From Acinetobacter phage nACB1, in the sequence record OQ032511.1: DNA of 64,000 nucleotides. One strand, written 5' to 3'. The position numbers and the translations under genes were made by a program. The notes under the pieces are model-generated. The model made no database searches. It was not told where the DNA came from and saw nothing but the letters and a program-made list of their open reading frames with translations. Of this stretch, positions 10,140 through 22,700 are shown in pieces. Within the stretch, counting starts at the first letter, position 1. Each line of letters begins with the position of its first letter.

Positions 10140-10150
10140 GGAACTATTGA

Positions 10151-11788
10151 ATGGCCTCTACCAATATTGATATTAAAACAGCTCAGTTAGATCAGCTTGA
10201 TATTAAAGAGCTGACTACTAAGCAGATTAATGGTACGGGTGTATTCGATGTACTTATGAGTACGTCTGCTCTTCATATTAAAGAAGAATATGATAAGGGA
10301 CGTATTCGTGGTCAAGAGTATGCTCAGGTATACCTTGGTGCAATGCAAGCAGTTATGTCTACTTCGGTAGACTACCTTAACCGTAGTAAGTTACTTGGTA
10401 TTGAGATTGCAAACCAAGAGAAGCAAGGTCTTCTCATTGAAGCTCAAACTAAGTTAGCTGAAGCACAAGCAGACCAAGTAACCAAAGAGACTACTCTTAA
10501 GTTGCCTGCTGAAGTGGATAACATTATTGCTAGTACAGAATTATCTGCTGCTAACAAAGAACGTGTTGAAGCTGAAACTACTACAATGCTTCCTGCTCAA
10601 GTAGCCAACCTAACCAAACAAGGTGAAGTATTAGATCAACAAATCTTGGAATCTACATACCGTGTAGAGAACATGTTACCTAAAGAACTTGAACAGATTA
10701 CTGCTCAAATTGCTCAGATGACTAACCAAGGTGAATTAACTAAAGCACAGACTAACCAAGTAACTGCAGAAACTACAACTAAGCTACCTGCTGAGATTGC
10801 TAATATCCAAGCTAGTACTGCATTGAGTGATGCTAATAAAGATCGTGTATTAGAAGAGCTTACACTCATTCCATTACAAGGTACTTTAATTACTAAACAG
10901 ACTGCACAAGTAAGTGCTGAAACAATCCTTACTAATAAACGTGTAGATCAGTTAACTCAAGAACTTGCTAAGATTCCTGTAGAGATTCAACTCTTAGAGA
11001 ATCAAGTAGCAGGTCAATTAGCTCAGAATGAGTTAGTAGCTGCACAGGTTGATAGTGTTGAATTACAGAACACTAAAGTACCTAAAGAAGTAGCTTTACT
11101 TGAAAAGCAAGCTTCACAAGCTGATGCTAGTATTGCATTGACTGGTGCTCAGAAAGATCAGATCACTGCAGAGACTTCTACACGTTTACCAGTAGAAGTA
11201 CAGAACTTACTTAAGCAAGGTGAGAACTTAGCTAAGCAAGCATTGATGACTGATGCACAGACTGCTCAAGTAGTTGAACAGACTAAGCGTTACCCTTATG
11301 ACATTGAAGAGATTCAAGCTCGTATTGCTAATATGACTAAACAGACTCTTATTGCTGAAAAAGATATTGAGTTGAAGATTGGTCAGTTAAGTCTTCAAGA
11401 GAAGCAATTGTTACTATCTCAAGCTGAGCTTGATGTTAAGAAGCAAGAACTTGAAGTACAGAAAGCAGCTGTTGAATCTCAGAAAGCTCAAGCAGAATTG
11501 TATGTACAAAAAGTACAAACTGAACGTGCTCAGACAGAAGGTAATGTTGCTCAAGAAGGTTCAGTACTTGGTGCTAACGTTGCAGTGCTTATGGCTCAAG
11601 CTGATGGTTATAAATCTGATAAGTTACAGAAAGCTGCCAAGATTCTAGTAGATACTTGGAACGTACGTCGTAACTCTGATGATGGTACAGAAGCTAACGT
11701 CACTAACCAATTACATGATGCCAACGTAGGTGTTACTGTAAAAGGCATGATGACTGATGCAGGTCTAACACCTAATACCACAGGTTAA
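10151..11788 (+). CDS. coiled-coil virion structural protein with tandem peptide repeats of about 40 aa
   Basis: 545 aa. Repeated units QVT(K/A)ETTxKLPAEVxNIxASTxLSxANKxRV appear at least 4 times, with strong heptad character. Confidence 0.6.
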   Translation: MASTNIDIKTAQLDQLDIKELTTKQINGTGVFDVLMSTSALHIKEEYDKGRIRGQEYAQVYLGAMQAVMSTSVDYLNRSKLLGIEIANQEKQGLLIEAQTKLAEAQADQVTKETTLKLPAEVDNIIASTELSAANKERVEAETTTMLPAQVANLTKQGEVLDQQILESTYRVENMLPKELEQITAQIAQMTNQGELTKAQTNQVTAETTTKLPAEIANIQASTALSDANKDRVLEELTLIPLQGTLITKQTAQVSAETILTNKRVDQLTQELAKIPVEIQLLENQVAGQLAQNELVAAQVDSVELQNTKVPKEVALLEKQASQADASIALTGAQKDQITAETSTRLPVEVQNLLKQGENLAKQALMTDAQTAQVVEQTKRYPYDIEEIQARIANMTKQTLIAEKDIELKIGQLSLQEKQLLLSQAELDVKKQELEVQKAAVESQKAQAELYVQKVQTERAQTEGNVAQEGSVLGANVAVLMAQADGYKSDKLQKAAKILVDTWNVRRNSDDGTEANVTNQLHDANVGVTVKGMMTDAGLTPNTTG

Positions 11789-11805
11789 GTTAAGTAATAT
11801 AGAAT

Positions 11806-11834
11806 AGGGAGCAATTAGCTCCCTTTCTTTTTAG
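11806..11834 (+). terminator. Rho-independent terminator
   Basis: Hairpin agggagc-aatta-gctccct followed by ttctttttagg. Confidence 0.55.
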
Positions 11835-11843
11835 GATTTTATT

Positions 11844-14237
11844 ATGGGATTATTTAGTTCAAAGAAAAAGACTTATACGAGTACCTCAGTATCTCGTATG
11901 GTTGCTGATGAAGACTTTGTACCTTCAAATAAGATGGCAGCATTAGACTATACAATGTCTCAAGCTTCATCATCTGTTCGATTAAGTACTGAGTCTTTAT
12001 CTGATTATTTAATTAGAGCTACTACAAATAACATTGTGGCTCGTGCACGTAAGTCTCGTAAGTATGCGTCTAAAGAATCTTATGCATATGGTTTACCTGA
12101 ATCTACTATGGTGCAAGAAGAAGGTGTAGACGTTAAAGAAGCTATTACTGAAGTGCTTAATACTATGTACCCTGAAGGTGTCATTGTTAAAGATGCTTAC
12201 TTTGGGCCTATGAATAACTTCTATTTCTTACGTCCTATCCTTCAAGATAAGTATGGTTATAACTATGATACTAATGAATTAGTAGAAGAATCTCGAAGAA
12301 TTGGTTTCCCTTGTTATATGGAGTCAGCTCAGATTGTTTATAGTAAATACACTGACCCTATCCTCATTGACCCTGATACCTTGATGCAATACGGTGAATC
12401 TGCAGAAGCAGGTTATACACCTTTCAGAGCATATGACCCTACTAGACCTCAAGTACCTTGGCAACGTAATGGTAATAAGGATATGGATGTTGCTATTGTC
12501 AAAGTGGTTTATAAGGATGCTGCAGGACTTAAGAAGCTATATACATTAGAGATTAATTACTTAGCCTACGAACAAGCTTCTAAACCACCTGCAACAGGTT
12601 TAGATGATAGTGACACTGAGAACATTGATCCTGATGCAGAAGCTCCTGAGCAAGCTCCTACACTAGATGGTGCTGACTACTATCAAGCTAACTATGAATA
12701 TATGCAGAATGGTGTATCTCATAAAGAGACTTTTATCTATGTATATGGTTCTGGTTTAAATACTAAGTTAGATAACCTCTATACCTTTGGTGATAAGTTT
12801 GGTGAACATATTCCACGTATCTATGCACGTTTATGGGGTAAGAAGTTAAATACAGATGAGTCTAAAGACACTCCTGAGTATAAAGCTATGGTTGGTATCT
12901 GCAGACAGCAAGGTATGAACTGGGTTAATTGGGTTGATGAGGTACATAACTCAGTGGGTTCGTTGGATAAAGTTATGCAGATTTATATGACTTATTCTTT
13001 ACCTGCTAATACTACTGACCCTCTTATACAAGATTATCTGTTTAGTTACTTTGAGACTATTTACGGTAAGCTTCCTAACTCAGCTGCTAAGACTAACTAT
13101 GGTGATCTCAACAGAGAATACTTAGCAGGTGGTTCTAAGAATGGACAAGCTTATGAAGTTAGAGATAATCACTATCGTCAACGAATTAGATTTGATGCTA
13201 TTGCTTATGAAGATGTACAAGGTAATTTTGGTGATGTAGGAGCTACTCAAAGTGGTAGAGATAATAAGTTAGTTCGTGTTGGTCGTGTAGGTTCTACAGC
13301 TATATTTAGACCTTATGCTAACGTTACTTGGCATTACTATCGTAAGCAGCTTACCTCAACTACTTACCGTGAATACCGTGTATATGGTTTATCTGTTGAA
13401 GAGATTGTACGTGGTGGTAACACTAGTAGAGCTGCAGGAGATGATGAAGACTTACTGCTTCCTATTGATCTATCTATTGATCATGGTTTCAGTATGAGAC
13501 AGTTAGAAGAGCTATATACTAAGTCTATGTATATAGTAATTAATACACTTGAAGTAGTTAAAACCAAGTGGTATCAGACTGGTCTTTTTAAAGTCATTAT
13601 GATCATTATTGCTATTGTTGTATCTTACTTCTTCCCGCCTGCGGGGGTGGCAATTTGGACATGGATGGCCGCAGTATATGCAGTAGTTCAAGCAGTTATT
13701 ATTGGATTACTGATACAGGTCGCTGTAAAGCTCTTAGTAAAGCTTGGTGTGGATGTAGGTACAGCAGCTGCAATTATTGCAGTAGTTGCTATGTTCTATG
13801 GTGGTTTTACAGCACTAACTAAAACTACTGGATTAGGTGGTATGACTACCATCCAGTTATTACAAATATCTTCTCAGGCTTTCTCTGCTTCATCTCAGGG
13901 CTTTGCTTTACAGACTCAGAAAGCTATTAAAGAGTTTAACTCTGTTATGGCTGACTTATCTAAAGAAGAAGCTGAGCTTCAACGTAAAGCTAGAGAGTTA
14001 GGTATGGGACAACATGGACCTCTTCTAATGTTTGAGCCGCCTATATCTATTGGTGTACGTATGGGTGAATCTCCTGATGATTACTTCGAGCGTAGCATCC
14101 ATGTTACTAATTTAGCGAGTACTGTATACTCGTTACCTGAGATGAATGTAGATATGGGATTACAACTTCCTTCTACATATTCAATTTTAAATTCCTTACA
14201 GGAGAAACAGGATGAACTTCCCATTCTACGGCTTTAA
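11844..14237 (+). CDS. large internal virion protein with a central multi-helix transmembrane cluster
   Basis: 797 aa. Residues of about 590-680 form 3-4 hydrophobic helices (LFKVIMIIIAIVVSYFF...IIAVVAMFYGGF) flanked by soluble domains. Confidence 0.6.
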   Translation: MGLFSSKKKTYTSTSVSRMVADEDFVPSNKMAALDYTMSQASSSVRLSTESLSDYLIRATTNNIVARARKSRKYASKESYAYGLPESTMVQEEGVDVKEAITEVLNTMYPEGVIVKDAYFGPMNNFYFLRPILQDKYGYNYDTNELVEESRRIGFPCYMESAQIVYSKYTDPILIDPDTLMQYGESAEAGYTPFRAYDPTRPQVPWQRNGNKDMDVAIVKVVYKDAAGLKKLYTLEINYLAYEQASKPPATGLDDSDTENIDPDAEAPEQAPTLDGADYYQANYEYMQNGVSHKETFIYVYGSGLNTKLDNLYTFGDKFGEHIPRIYARLWGKKLNTDESKDTPEYKAMVGICRQQGMNWVNWVDEVHNSVGSLDKVMQIYMTYSLPANTTDPLIQDYLFSYFETIYGKLPNSAAKTNYGDLNREYLAGGSKNGQAYEVRDNHYRQRIRFDAIAYEDVQGNFGDVGATQSGRDNKLVRVGRVGSTAIFRPYANVTWHYYRKQLTSTTYREYRVYGLSVEEIVRGGNTSRAAGDDEDLLLPIDLSIDHGFSMRQLEELYTKSMYIVINTLEVVKTKWYQTGLFKVIMIIIAIVVSYFFPPAGVAIWTWMAAVYAVVQAVIIGLLIQVAVKLLVKLGVDVGTAAAIIAVVAMFYGGFTALTKTTGLGGMTTIQLLQISSQAFSASSQGFALQTQKAIKEFNSVMADLSKEEAELQRKARELGMGQHGPLLMFEPPISIGVRMGESPDDYFERSIHVTNLASTVYSLPEMNVDMGLQLPSTYSILNSLQEKQDELPILRL

Positions 14238-14712
14238 TACCCCTGGCTTACAGCTAGGTGAGAACAATGGTTGGATGAATCAAACCAACACAATTCAGCC
14301 TATGCCAACAGCACAGCCATTTGCTAATCAAGTAAGCCCTTGGCAAACAGACTTATCTAGTGCAGTGCAAGGTCAGACTTATTCTACACTTGGTTTAGAT
14401 GCTTCAGGTATGTACAACCCTACTGGTGCATCTGCAGGTGGTATGTCTAACTGGTTATCAGGTAATGCTGATTTACTTAAAGCAGGTGTAGGCTTATTTA
14501 CTGGTGGTGCAAGTGCATGGAATGGTTTACAACAAAACCGCTTAATGCGCGATAACATGAATCAACAAGCATCTATGTTCCGTGAGCAGATGGATTTATC
14601 TAAGAGTAACTACAACTCTAAATTAGAAGATCGCCAACGTGCACGTGTAGCATCTAACCCAACAGCTTATGAATCAGTAGATTCGTACATGAAGAAATAT
14701 GGAGCTAAATAA
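14212..14712 (+). CDS. hypothetical Gly/Asn/Gln-rich protein (166 aa)
   Basis: ORF. Its start overlaps the end of the preceding gene. Confidence 0.5.
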   Translation: MNFPFYGFNTPGLQLGENNGWMNQTNTIQPMPTAQPFANQVSPWQTDLSSAVQGQTYSTLGLDASGMYNPTGASAGGMSNWLSGNADLLKAGVGLFTGGASAWNGLQQNRLMRDNMNQQASMFREQMDLSKSNYNSKLEDRQRARVASNPTAYESVDSYMKKYGAK

Positions 14713-16643
14713 TGGCAGCTATTGATTGGCGGTTCATGCAACCGCTAGATCAGTCTAACCAGATTGCAGCTATGGCAGCAGGAAACAACCAGATTAACAC
14801 TGGTCTTGCTGCTATGGGTAATGCAGTTACTGGCTATGCTGATGCACTTAAACAACGTAATACGGACTCAATTCTCAATGCCTTATATCAAGCACAAACT
14901 ACTGCTGATTTGCCTAATGCCATGTCTGCAGTTCAAGCCCTTCAACAACAGTATGGTCGTGGGTTTGACCAAGCTGCTGTAAGAAATGCCATTGATACTC
15001 GTGGTTCAACGTTAGGACAACGTGACCTACAAGCTATTAACTTACAGCAGGCTCAGAATGCTCAGGCTGCCATTCCACAGATTAATGCTCTTAATGCTGC
15101 ACGTATGCAACAAGCAGGTGCTACACCTGAACAGATGTCTGCTCTAAGTGCTATTCAAGGTATTGATACTTCTGCTCTAGCTCAACAGCAAATTGGTGAT
15201 CTACGTGATACACGTGATTTCAATTATAAGCAGAACATTGATACTCGTAACTATAACCGTCAAGTGCTACGTGATCAGGTTGGAGATAGACAGTGGGAAG
15301 CAGGAAACCAACGAGCTAATTACAGCACTGCTGCACAATTAGCTAGTATGTATGAACAACCTGCTCAATCAGGATGGACTACAGATGCACAGGGTAATCC
15401 TGTACCGTATCAATCTAGTGGTGTAACTAAAGGTGATGCCTTTGGTGCAATCATGGGAAGTCTATTTAATACTGAGTCAGGTGGTAGACATACAGACAGT
15501 AACGGTAACTTAACTCGTTCTCCTAAAGGTGCTTTAGGTGTAGCTCAAATCATGCCTGCTACTGCTGCAAAACCTGGGTATGGAATGAAGTCTATTGACT
15601 TAAAGAACACATCACCTCAAGAGCAAATGCAGTGGGCTAATGAGTATATTAATCGTATCTCTCAGAAAGAAGGTTTTACAATTGAGCAAGGTGTAGCTGC
15701 TTATAATGCAGGGCCTGGTGCTGTTAAAGAAGCTATTAGATCAGGTGGTTCAAACTGGTTATCTAAGTTACCTGCTGAAACTAGAGCTTATGTTCCTAAG
15801 GTAATGGGTGGTGCAGGTCAAGCCATGAATGCTGTAGGTGGGCGTGGTATTACTCAAGCCAACATGTCTAAGGTTACTTCTGACTATCAATCCGCTTTAG
15901 CTAAGCTTAATGCTGATTACGCAAGTCAAGAAGCTAAGAGTCAGGTTAAAGGTTCTCTTGCATCTACAGGTAACAGTGTAGAAACATGGGCTGCTTCTAA
16001 CCGTGGCAAAGATAATACATTCTTCACTAATGCAGGTGACTTAGCTAAGATGGCTCGTCAAGACCCTACATTTAATAAGTTACCTGAGTCAGCTCAGATT
16101 AATGTATTGAATGGTGCATTTGCTAAAATGAATGATGTGAATGCTTTACAGTATGTACCTGATGCTGATTTGAAGAAGTTCATCTCACGTGAAGCTACTA
16201 ACTATAAGCAAGATCGTGTCAATCAGTTTGAAGGTCAGAAGCAAGCTCTGATGGAACAAGCTTATCAAGGTATAGTTGCTCAGTATCAAGCTGTAGGTCA
16301 ACAACCTCCTACACGTGAAGGTGTACGTCAGATACTTGATCCGCAGACTCCTAAACCTCAAGCACCTAAGCCACAGCCTGTACCAACTAAGCAGTCTACT
16401 CCTCCTCCGCAAACTGCACCTAAACAACAAACACCAAGTAAGATGGATACTTACATGGCACAACGTGAAGCTAAGAAGCAAGCTCAACGTGATGCAGTAG
16501 ATAAACGCTTAACAGCTGAAAAGACTAAGAAGCAGGCTCAGCAAGCATCACAGAAGATGCCTAATGGAACTGTTCGTATTGGTTCAACTAATATGTCTCA
16601 AAAGCAGTTAGATGATATTTTAAAGAAATACAAGGTAAGCTAA
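14712..16643 (+). CDS. virion protein with lytic transglycosylase (SLT) domain
   Basis: 643 aa. SLT signatures GVAQIMPATAAKPGYG and AYNAGPGAVKEAI. Gln/Ala-rich N-terminus and Pro/Gln-rich C-terminus. Confidence 0.7.
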   Translation: MAAIDWRFMQPLDQSNQIAAMAAGNNQINTGLAAMGNAVTGYADALKQRNTDSILNALYQAQTTADLPNAMSAVQALQQQYGRGFDQAAVRNAIDTRGSTLGQRDLQAINLQQAQNAQAAIPQINALNAARMQQAGATPEQMSALSAIQGIDTSALAQQQIGDLRDTRDFNYKQNIDTRNYNRQVLRDQVGDRQWEAGNQRANYSTAAQLASMYEQPAQSGWTTDAQGNPVPYQSSGVTKGDAFGAIMGSLFNTESGGRHTDSNGNLTRSPKGALGVAQIMPATAAKPGYGMKSIDLKNTSPQEQMQWANEYINRISQKEGFTIEQGVAAYNAGPGAVKEAIRSGGSNWLSKLPAETRAYVPKVMGGAGQAMNAVGGRGITQANMSKVTSDYQSALAKLNADYASQEAKSQVKGSLASTGNSVETWAASNRGKDNTFFTNAGDLAKMARQDPTFNKLPESAQINVLNGAFAKMNDVNALQYVPDADLKKFISREATNYKQDRVNQFEGQKQALMEQAYQGIVAQYQAVGQQPPTREGVRQILDPQTPKPQAPKPQPVPTKQSTPPPQTAPKQQTPSKMDTYMAQREAKKQAQRDAVDKRLTAEKTKKQAQQASQKMPNGTVRIGSTNMSQKQLDDILKKYKVS

Positions 16644-16669
16644 TTCTAAGTTTATTCTTGTGGTACGAT

Positions 16670-16703
16670 AAGCACGTATTAAGGTACGTGCTTTTTTATT
16701 TAT
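16670..16703 (+). terminator. Rho-independent terminator upstream of the vRNAP gene
   Basis: Hairpin agcacgta-ttaagg-tacgtgct followed by tttttatttat. Confidence 0.55.
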
Positions 16704-16715
16704 ATAGGATTAAAC

Positions 16716-19700
16716 ATGGCAGATTATAAATCACTCCAAGTGTCAGACGCATTATCCCGAATTACTAATCAATTGAAACCACAAGTTACTTATGGTTCCT
16801 TAGGTAGTTCTGTATACGGTCGTAACACTAATACGCCTGATGCTATTGCTGCTGATCAACAAGCTATTCAACAAGGTCAGCAATACTATAACTCTATCTA
16901 TGGTAAGACTGGTTCTGACTATGTACAAGATGCAGGTGTAGCTTTAGCTAAAGGTGTTGTATCAGTTCCACAAGCAGCTGCAGGTATTGTTGACTTGCTT
17001 GATGCAGGTGCTCAATTCGCTACAGGTCAAGATGTTCAAGGTGGACGCTTCTCTAAGAACTTAGCAGATGTAGGTGTAGACTTTGCTACCACTCAAGACA
17101 TTATGTCTGGTTGGTTTAGTGAAGGTACTCAACGTCAGATGCAAGAATTAGCTGCACTTCCTGGAATGTCTACAGAACAATCCTTAGGGCAGAACTTAAA
17201 TTCATTAGGTTCTACTTTAGGTTATGTTGCAGATAATCCATCTATTGCTCTTAACACTATTATCCAATCATTGCCTTCTATTGCTGCAGGTGGTGTTGTA
17301 GGTCGTGGTGCTGCAGCATTAGGTGCAAGAGGAGCTGCAGGTGCTATTGGTGAAGGTACAATAATGTCAGGCCAAGCACAGGCTAATATGGAACGTAATG
17401 CAGAAGGTTATACAACTGGTCAACAAGCATTAGGTGCATTAGGTATTGGTGTATTGGGTGGCTTAGTAGGTCAAGCAGGTAATCGTATTGCTGCTACCCG
17501 TGGAGCTGCTGATATTGATCAGGTAGCTGCAGGTGTTGGTAGTCAAGCTGCAAACCAAGGCTTCAAATCATTAACTGTAGGTACTGCAACAGAGGCAGCA
17601 GAAGAAGCTGCACAGTCTGCATTAGAAAATGTTATTACTAACGTTAGCTCAGGTAAAGATGCAATCCAAGGATTAAACCAAGACTTAGTATTAGGTACTC
17701 TTGCAGGTGCAGGAATGGGTGCTGCTGTTAATGCTAAATCTTCTATTGGTACTGCTGCTTTGGAAGCTGTACAGAATGCAGCTAACAAACAAATTGAACG
17801 TGCTAAGGAGAAGATTAGTCGTGAAGCTCCTGAACAAACTGATACCCCTACTGAACAGTTTACAGACCCAAGTTCTCCTTCATATAACCCTTCTGCTGCT
17901 TTGGTTAGAGAAGCCAAGAAGTTAACTGAAGCTACTACACCTGAAGAACAGTTAGATGTACGTAATAGCTTTAATTACATTATGGAAGAGCAAGAAGCTT
18001 ATCTTGGTGGTTTAATTGAGACACGCGATGCAGTACAGAACATTGATAACTTACGTCAGTCAATTGTTAATGCTGATGCTGCTGTAGAAAGATTTGCAGA
18101 GTCTGACCCTGCTAAGGCAGAACAGATTGCTGCTATCTCAGCTAACTTAAAAGAACAAGTTGCTGTAGCTGAACAGTTCATTGGTAATGAGCAAACTCTT
18201 GATGCTCATATTGCTGAGGTGGAAACTAAGGTACAAGAAGCACGTGATATTCATACTCGTTATGACAGCTTAATGCAGCGTGCTACAACTAATGATGAAA
18301 CTATGGATACTCAAATCTTTGGTGCTCCTCAGAAGTTCACACCAGAACAGATTGAGAAAGCTATCAATGATCCTAAAGTACCAGAAGCTAGTAAACCTGC
18401 TTTACGTGCTTTAGCTGATGCTGTAGTTGCACAGAATGCTGTTAAGAATATTGATGCTGTAAACCAACAGATTACTGGTAAACAGTATGACTCTAATTAC
18501 CGTAGTACTCCTCAATACTTAGCTCAGTTTACTCGTGCTATTAAGCAAGGTAATACAGCTCAACAAGTTAACCTTATGCGTGAGATTGGTGCGTTTGAAC
18601 AATCACATGTGCAGAAAGCTGAGATAGTACAACAAGGTTTAGAGTTAGCTAGTTCAGGACAGCCAGTACAGATTATTCGTAATCAAGATGGTTCATGGGC
18701 ATTCAATCAAGGTGAGTGGTTATCTCGTACTGCTGCTAAAAAGAATGGTGCTATTACTATTGCTTCACCTAAGCAGATTGAAGCTGTAACTAAAACAAGT
18801 GAATACATGCAAGCAGAAGCTCAAGCTATTACTGCTACACGTAATGCAATGGAGCAACTAGATGTACTCAACAACCCTAATGGTTCAGTCGTTAGACCAA
18901 GCAATGTGGCAACACAAAGTACACCTGAAACCCAAGAAGTACCAACGCAACAAGCAACTGATTTCCAAGCTGCTATTGATGAACTCAACTCACTAGAGCG
19001 AGACAACTATGACTATCAACCTCAGCGACGTGTTGAAGACCCACGCGAATCTTTATCACAGCCTAGCTTTGATGGAGCTATCAATGCAGAAAGCCAAGTT
19101 CCTACAGGAACACAATCTACCAGTGGAACCATGTCTAGTGGAGATACCTCCCAAGTACAAACCCCAACGAACACTGAAGGCACTACTCCAGTAGCGAAGG
19201 CTGAACGTGTTGCAAGTCGTAGCGTAAGCGAAGACGTAGCAACGGAAGTTCAGACAAGCACAGAAGCAGCAACCCAAGCAACCAACGAAGAAACTACTGA
19301 AGAAGTGGTTACTCCTGAAGTTAAGAAAGAAGCTGAGCCACAGGATATTAATACTGTAGAGAAAGCAGATAAGAATCCTGCTCGTACTGCTGAACGTGCT
19401 AAAGAGCCTAAGAAACGTAATCTTGTTATTGATGGTTTTAATCAACGTGATACTGTGCTTAATCGTAATGAGAACTTTGTTAAGCGTTTTATGAATCGTA
19501 GTAACATTGCTCCAGTTGTAGAATCTATTACTGGTAAAGCTCCTACACCTAAACAAGAGCAAGCTCTTAAAGACTTTACTAACTTTGCTAATTACTTTGA
19601 TAGTAAGTTAGACATTATTGGTAGTAAGCAAGAAGACTTCCGCTTCCAAGACTTCAATCAATTCTTACTAGTAGATGGTAAGTTACCTGACAATGTTAAG

Positions 19701-22700
19701 ACTGCAGTATCTGCTGCTATGTATTCTTGGATTGCTGAGAATGGTTCTAAGACTCTCAATACTGAGAGAGATGTTGCAGGGTTATTATTACTCAATGACA
19801 TTGATACATTACCTACAACTGTGTTTAACGCATTCACAGGTATTGGTGATCACCAGTCAGTAGTAACAGGTAGCTTAGGACAGAAAGCACTTGAAGCTCT
19901 TGGTTTAAAAGTTGTGTCTGACGTTGACCCTGCTCGTAAGCAAAAACTTGAACAAGCTCTTGGTACTCTTGCAGCTGTAGCACTTACACAGAATGGTTAC
20001 TTAGAACATACTGCAATGTCTGTTGCTGAGTTTGAGCTACATCAAGCATATGCACAGAATGCTAATGAAGGTTCTACCTTTGGTGATCAAACATTCAAAG
20101 GTGGTAAGACTATTAACTTCTTGGTTCCTAAAGCAGGTAAGAAAGTAGATCAAGTAATCAAATCAGCTGCTGAAACTCAAGGTATTGTTCAATCTTTATT
20201 TGGTGTACAGCGTGATATTAAATTACCTTCTCTTGAGCCTGTAACAAGCACACCACAGTCTTTTAACCGTATGGGTTCTGAACTACCTTCGTACACTAAA
20301 GATATGTTAGAAGCTGCTCAGAGCAATGGTTATAAGATGTCTATCCCTGCTATGCAGTTTATGGACAATGTTAAGCAAGATGACTTACTTGAGTTGTTTG
20401 GTTTTATTAAGCCTAATGCTGATGGTGTTTCATTTGATGGTATGCATAAGAAGTTCTGGAAATCTCAATTAGCTTCTAATGAAGCTGTAGAGCGTGCTGT
20501 AGCAATCATTAAAGAACAACGTGCTAACTTAGGTGATGACTCTAAAGAGTTCTTTTTCGAGCACACCAGTTGGACTAACACGCGTTCAGGTTATGATTCC
20601 GCATTTAACTTACAAGCTAATAAGATGCACCGTGCTGTAGCAGGTATGTCAGCTCATGTAGTAGAAGTAGGAATTGAAGCACCTATTAAGAATGGTGAAA
20701 CTACTAAGTTTGGTGAGTTCTTAATGGCTGTAGCAATGGGTGCAGAAGGTGCATCTGATGTTATGGGTATTCAAACTGTAGATAAAGTTTCTGCTGAAAC
20801 ATTCTTACCTAAGTTCCAAGAGTACTTAGCACAAGATTATGTACAAGCAGGTATCGAGTCTATGGCAGCTGCTATAGAGACTAAACCAACTAAACAAGAT
20901 ATGGACAACATCAAACGTGTGGTAACTGAGTTTGATATGGGGCCTATGTCTGTACGTGCATTACAAGCGTTAGCTCAAATGCACATAGCTGAACGTGATG
21001 GTCAACGTACCTTTACTTCAGATATTGGTTTTGAATCTGATGGTGTAACTAATGGCCCAGTCATTACTAACGTAGCTTTAAATACTGCTGATGCACAGAT
21101 GTTAGAAGCAGGTGGTATCTTTACTAGCCGTGCTAAATCAAATGTACCTACTAACAAGGAGCAAGGTAACGAAGACATCTATGAGCAATTAGGTGGTGTA
21201 ATGCAAGCTGAATGGACTGCTTATAAAAAAGCTGTTAAAGGTGGTGCATTAGATTCTGCACTTGGATTAGATGTTATCTACTCTGCCTTTGGTAAACGTA
21301 AAGGTGCTAAACCAATCGTAACTACATCTAACTATGGTGCAGGCATTGCTTCAATTAAACGTGCTAATGCGCGTGAGGTTTTGAATGCCTTCTATACTGG
21401 CTTAGAGTCTGCAGGTAAGAAAGGTGATATTGGTGCAGCACAAGACCTTATTAATGCTGTTAATAAAACCATTAAGTACTCTAACTTTAAACAGAAGTTA
21501 TCTACTCCATTAGCTGTAGCTAAAGGTGATGTTATGGAGTTTCTATTAACTCCTGAACAAGAAGCTGCATTATTCTTTGCTGCTGATCTCCAACATGGAG
21601 AAGCAATCAAGGAGACCCTTAGTAAAGCTATGGCAGGCTTTAATGAAGTACGCGATAACTTAACTGAACAAGCAGTTACTGGATTTAAAATCTATGAGTT
21701 GATTAGACAGAATGCTATTAATGAAGCTCTTAAGAATACTGATGGTGTACTTGTAGATGGTAAGGGTAAACGTCAAGAAGGGCTGACTGCTGATCAAATG
21801 AAAGCAGTACTTAAGTCTATAGAACGTTATACCCCATCTGTAGTTTCAGGTATGGGTAATCTATCTTCTAATAAGAAGAAATCATCTATTCCATTAATGA
21901 AGCAAGATACTGTATGGGATGGTTCTGCTATGTCAGAACAACAGTTTAAGTTCTTAGGTTCTTGGCAACAGTCAGGTACTAAAGAGTTTTCTGTACGATC
22001 TGCTATTAAGCGTGATGCTGTATCTGATCCTGGTGTATCTGGTTTAGCTCTTATCATTCAATCTATTGATGCCATGATTGCTCATACTACTATCGGTAAG
22101 ATGCCTACTCAAAACTACCATGATGCTAACGCATCTGCTGTAGGTCAGGGTAAAGCTATGGCTAAGATTCAGAATGAAGCATTCGTTGATGGTGTTATGC
22201 ATACACATGTTAATCGTGAGTTTGCACGTGCCTTAATGAATCCTTTGACTTTAGTTTTAGATAACAAAGCATTCTACACAGCTAATAAAGATGAGATTAA
22301 TGATGCTATGAAAGGTATCTTTATGTCTCAGAAAGTAGCTACTGCCTACGAGCGTGATTTAGCTAAGCTTACTGGAATGCTTAAATGGGTGAACGTAAAT
22401 CAGTATGGTACTCAAGGCGGTCATTTCCAAATGACTAATGCTAAGCGTAAAGAGATTCTTGATGAGATTGCTCAGCTTAAGAAAGACTATGCTAAAGATG
22501 CGGCATTAGCTAAACGTATTGATGAGATTGTTGAATCAGGTTCTGAGCCTCAAACTGTAGAAGAACACTTACGTCAGAACATTATCATGACTGGTAAAGA
22601 AGTGGTTCCATTGCTTCAAGCAGAACTTAAACAGTTCCAAGGTAAAGAAGGTCAGGTAGGTAAGTTCTCTCAGTTCTATGACAGCATATTAGATTTAGTA

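Noticed and set aside
17543-19562. Antisense and alternative-frame ORFs inside the vRNAP gene (for example 17543..17917 -, 17701..17925 +, 19056..19562 -)
   Set aside because: They are embedded in a long, well-supported coding frame. Their products are low-complexity (Leu/Ser/Cys-rich) and they have no RBS. These are typical shadow ORFs.
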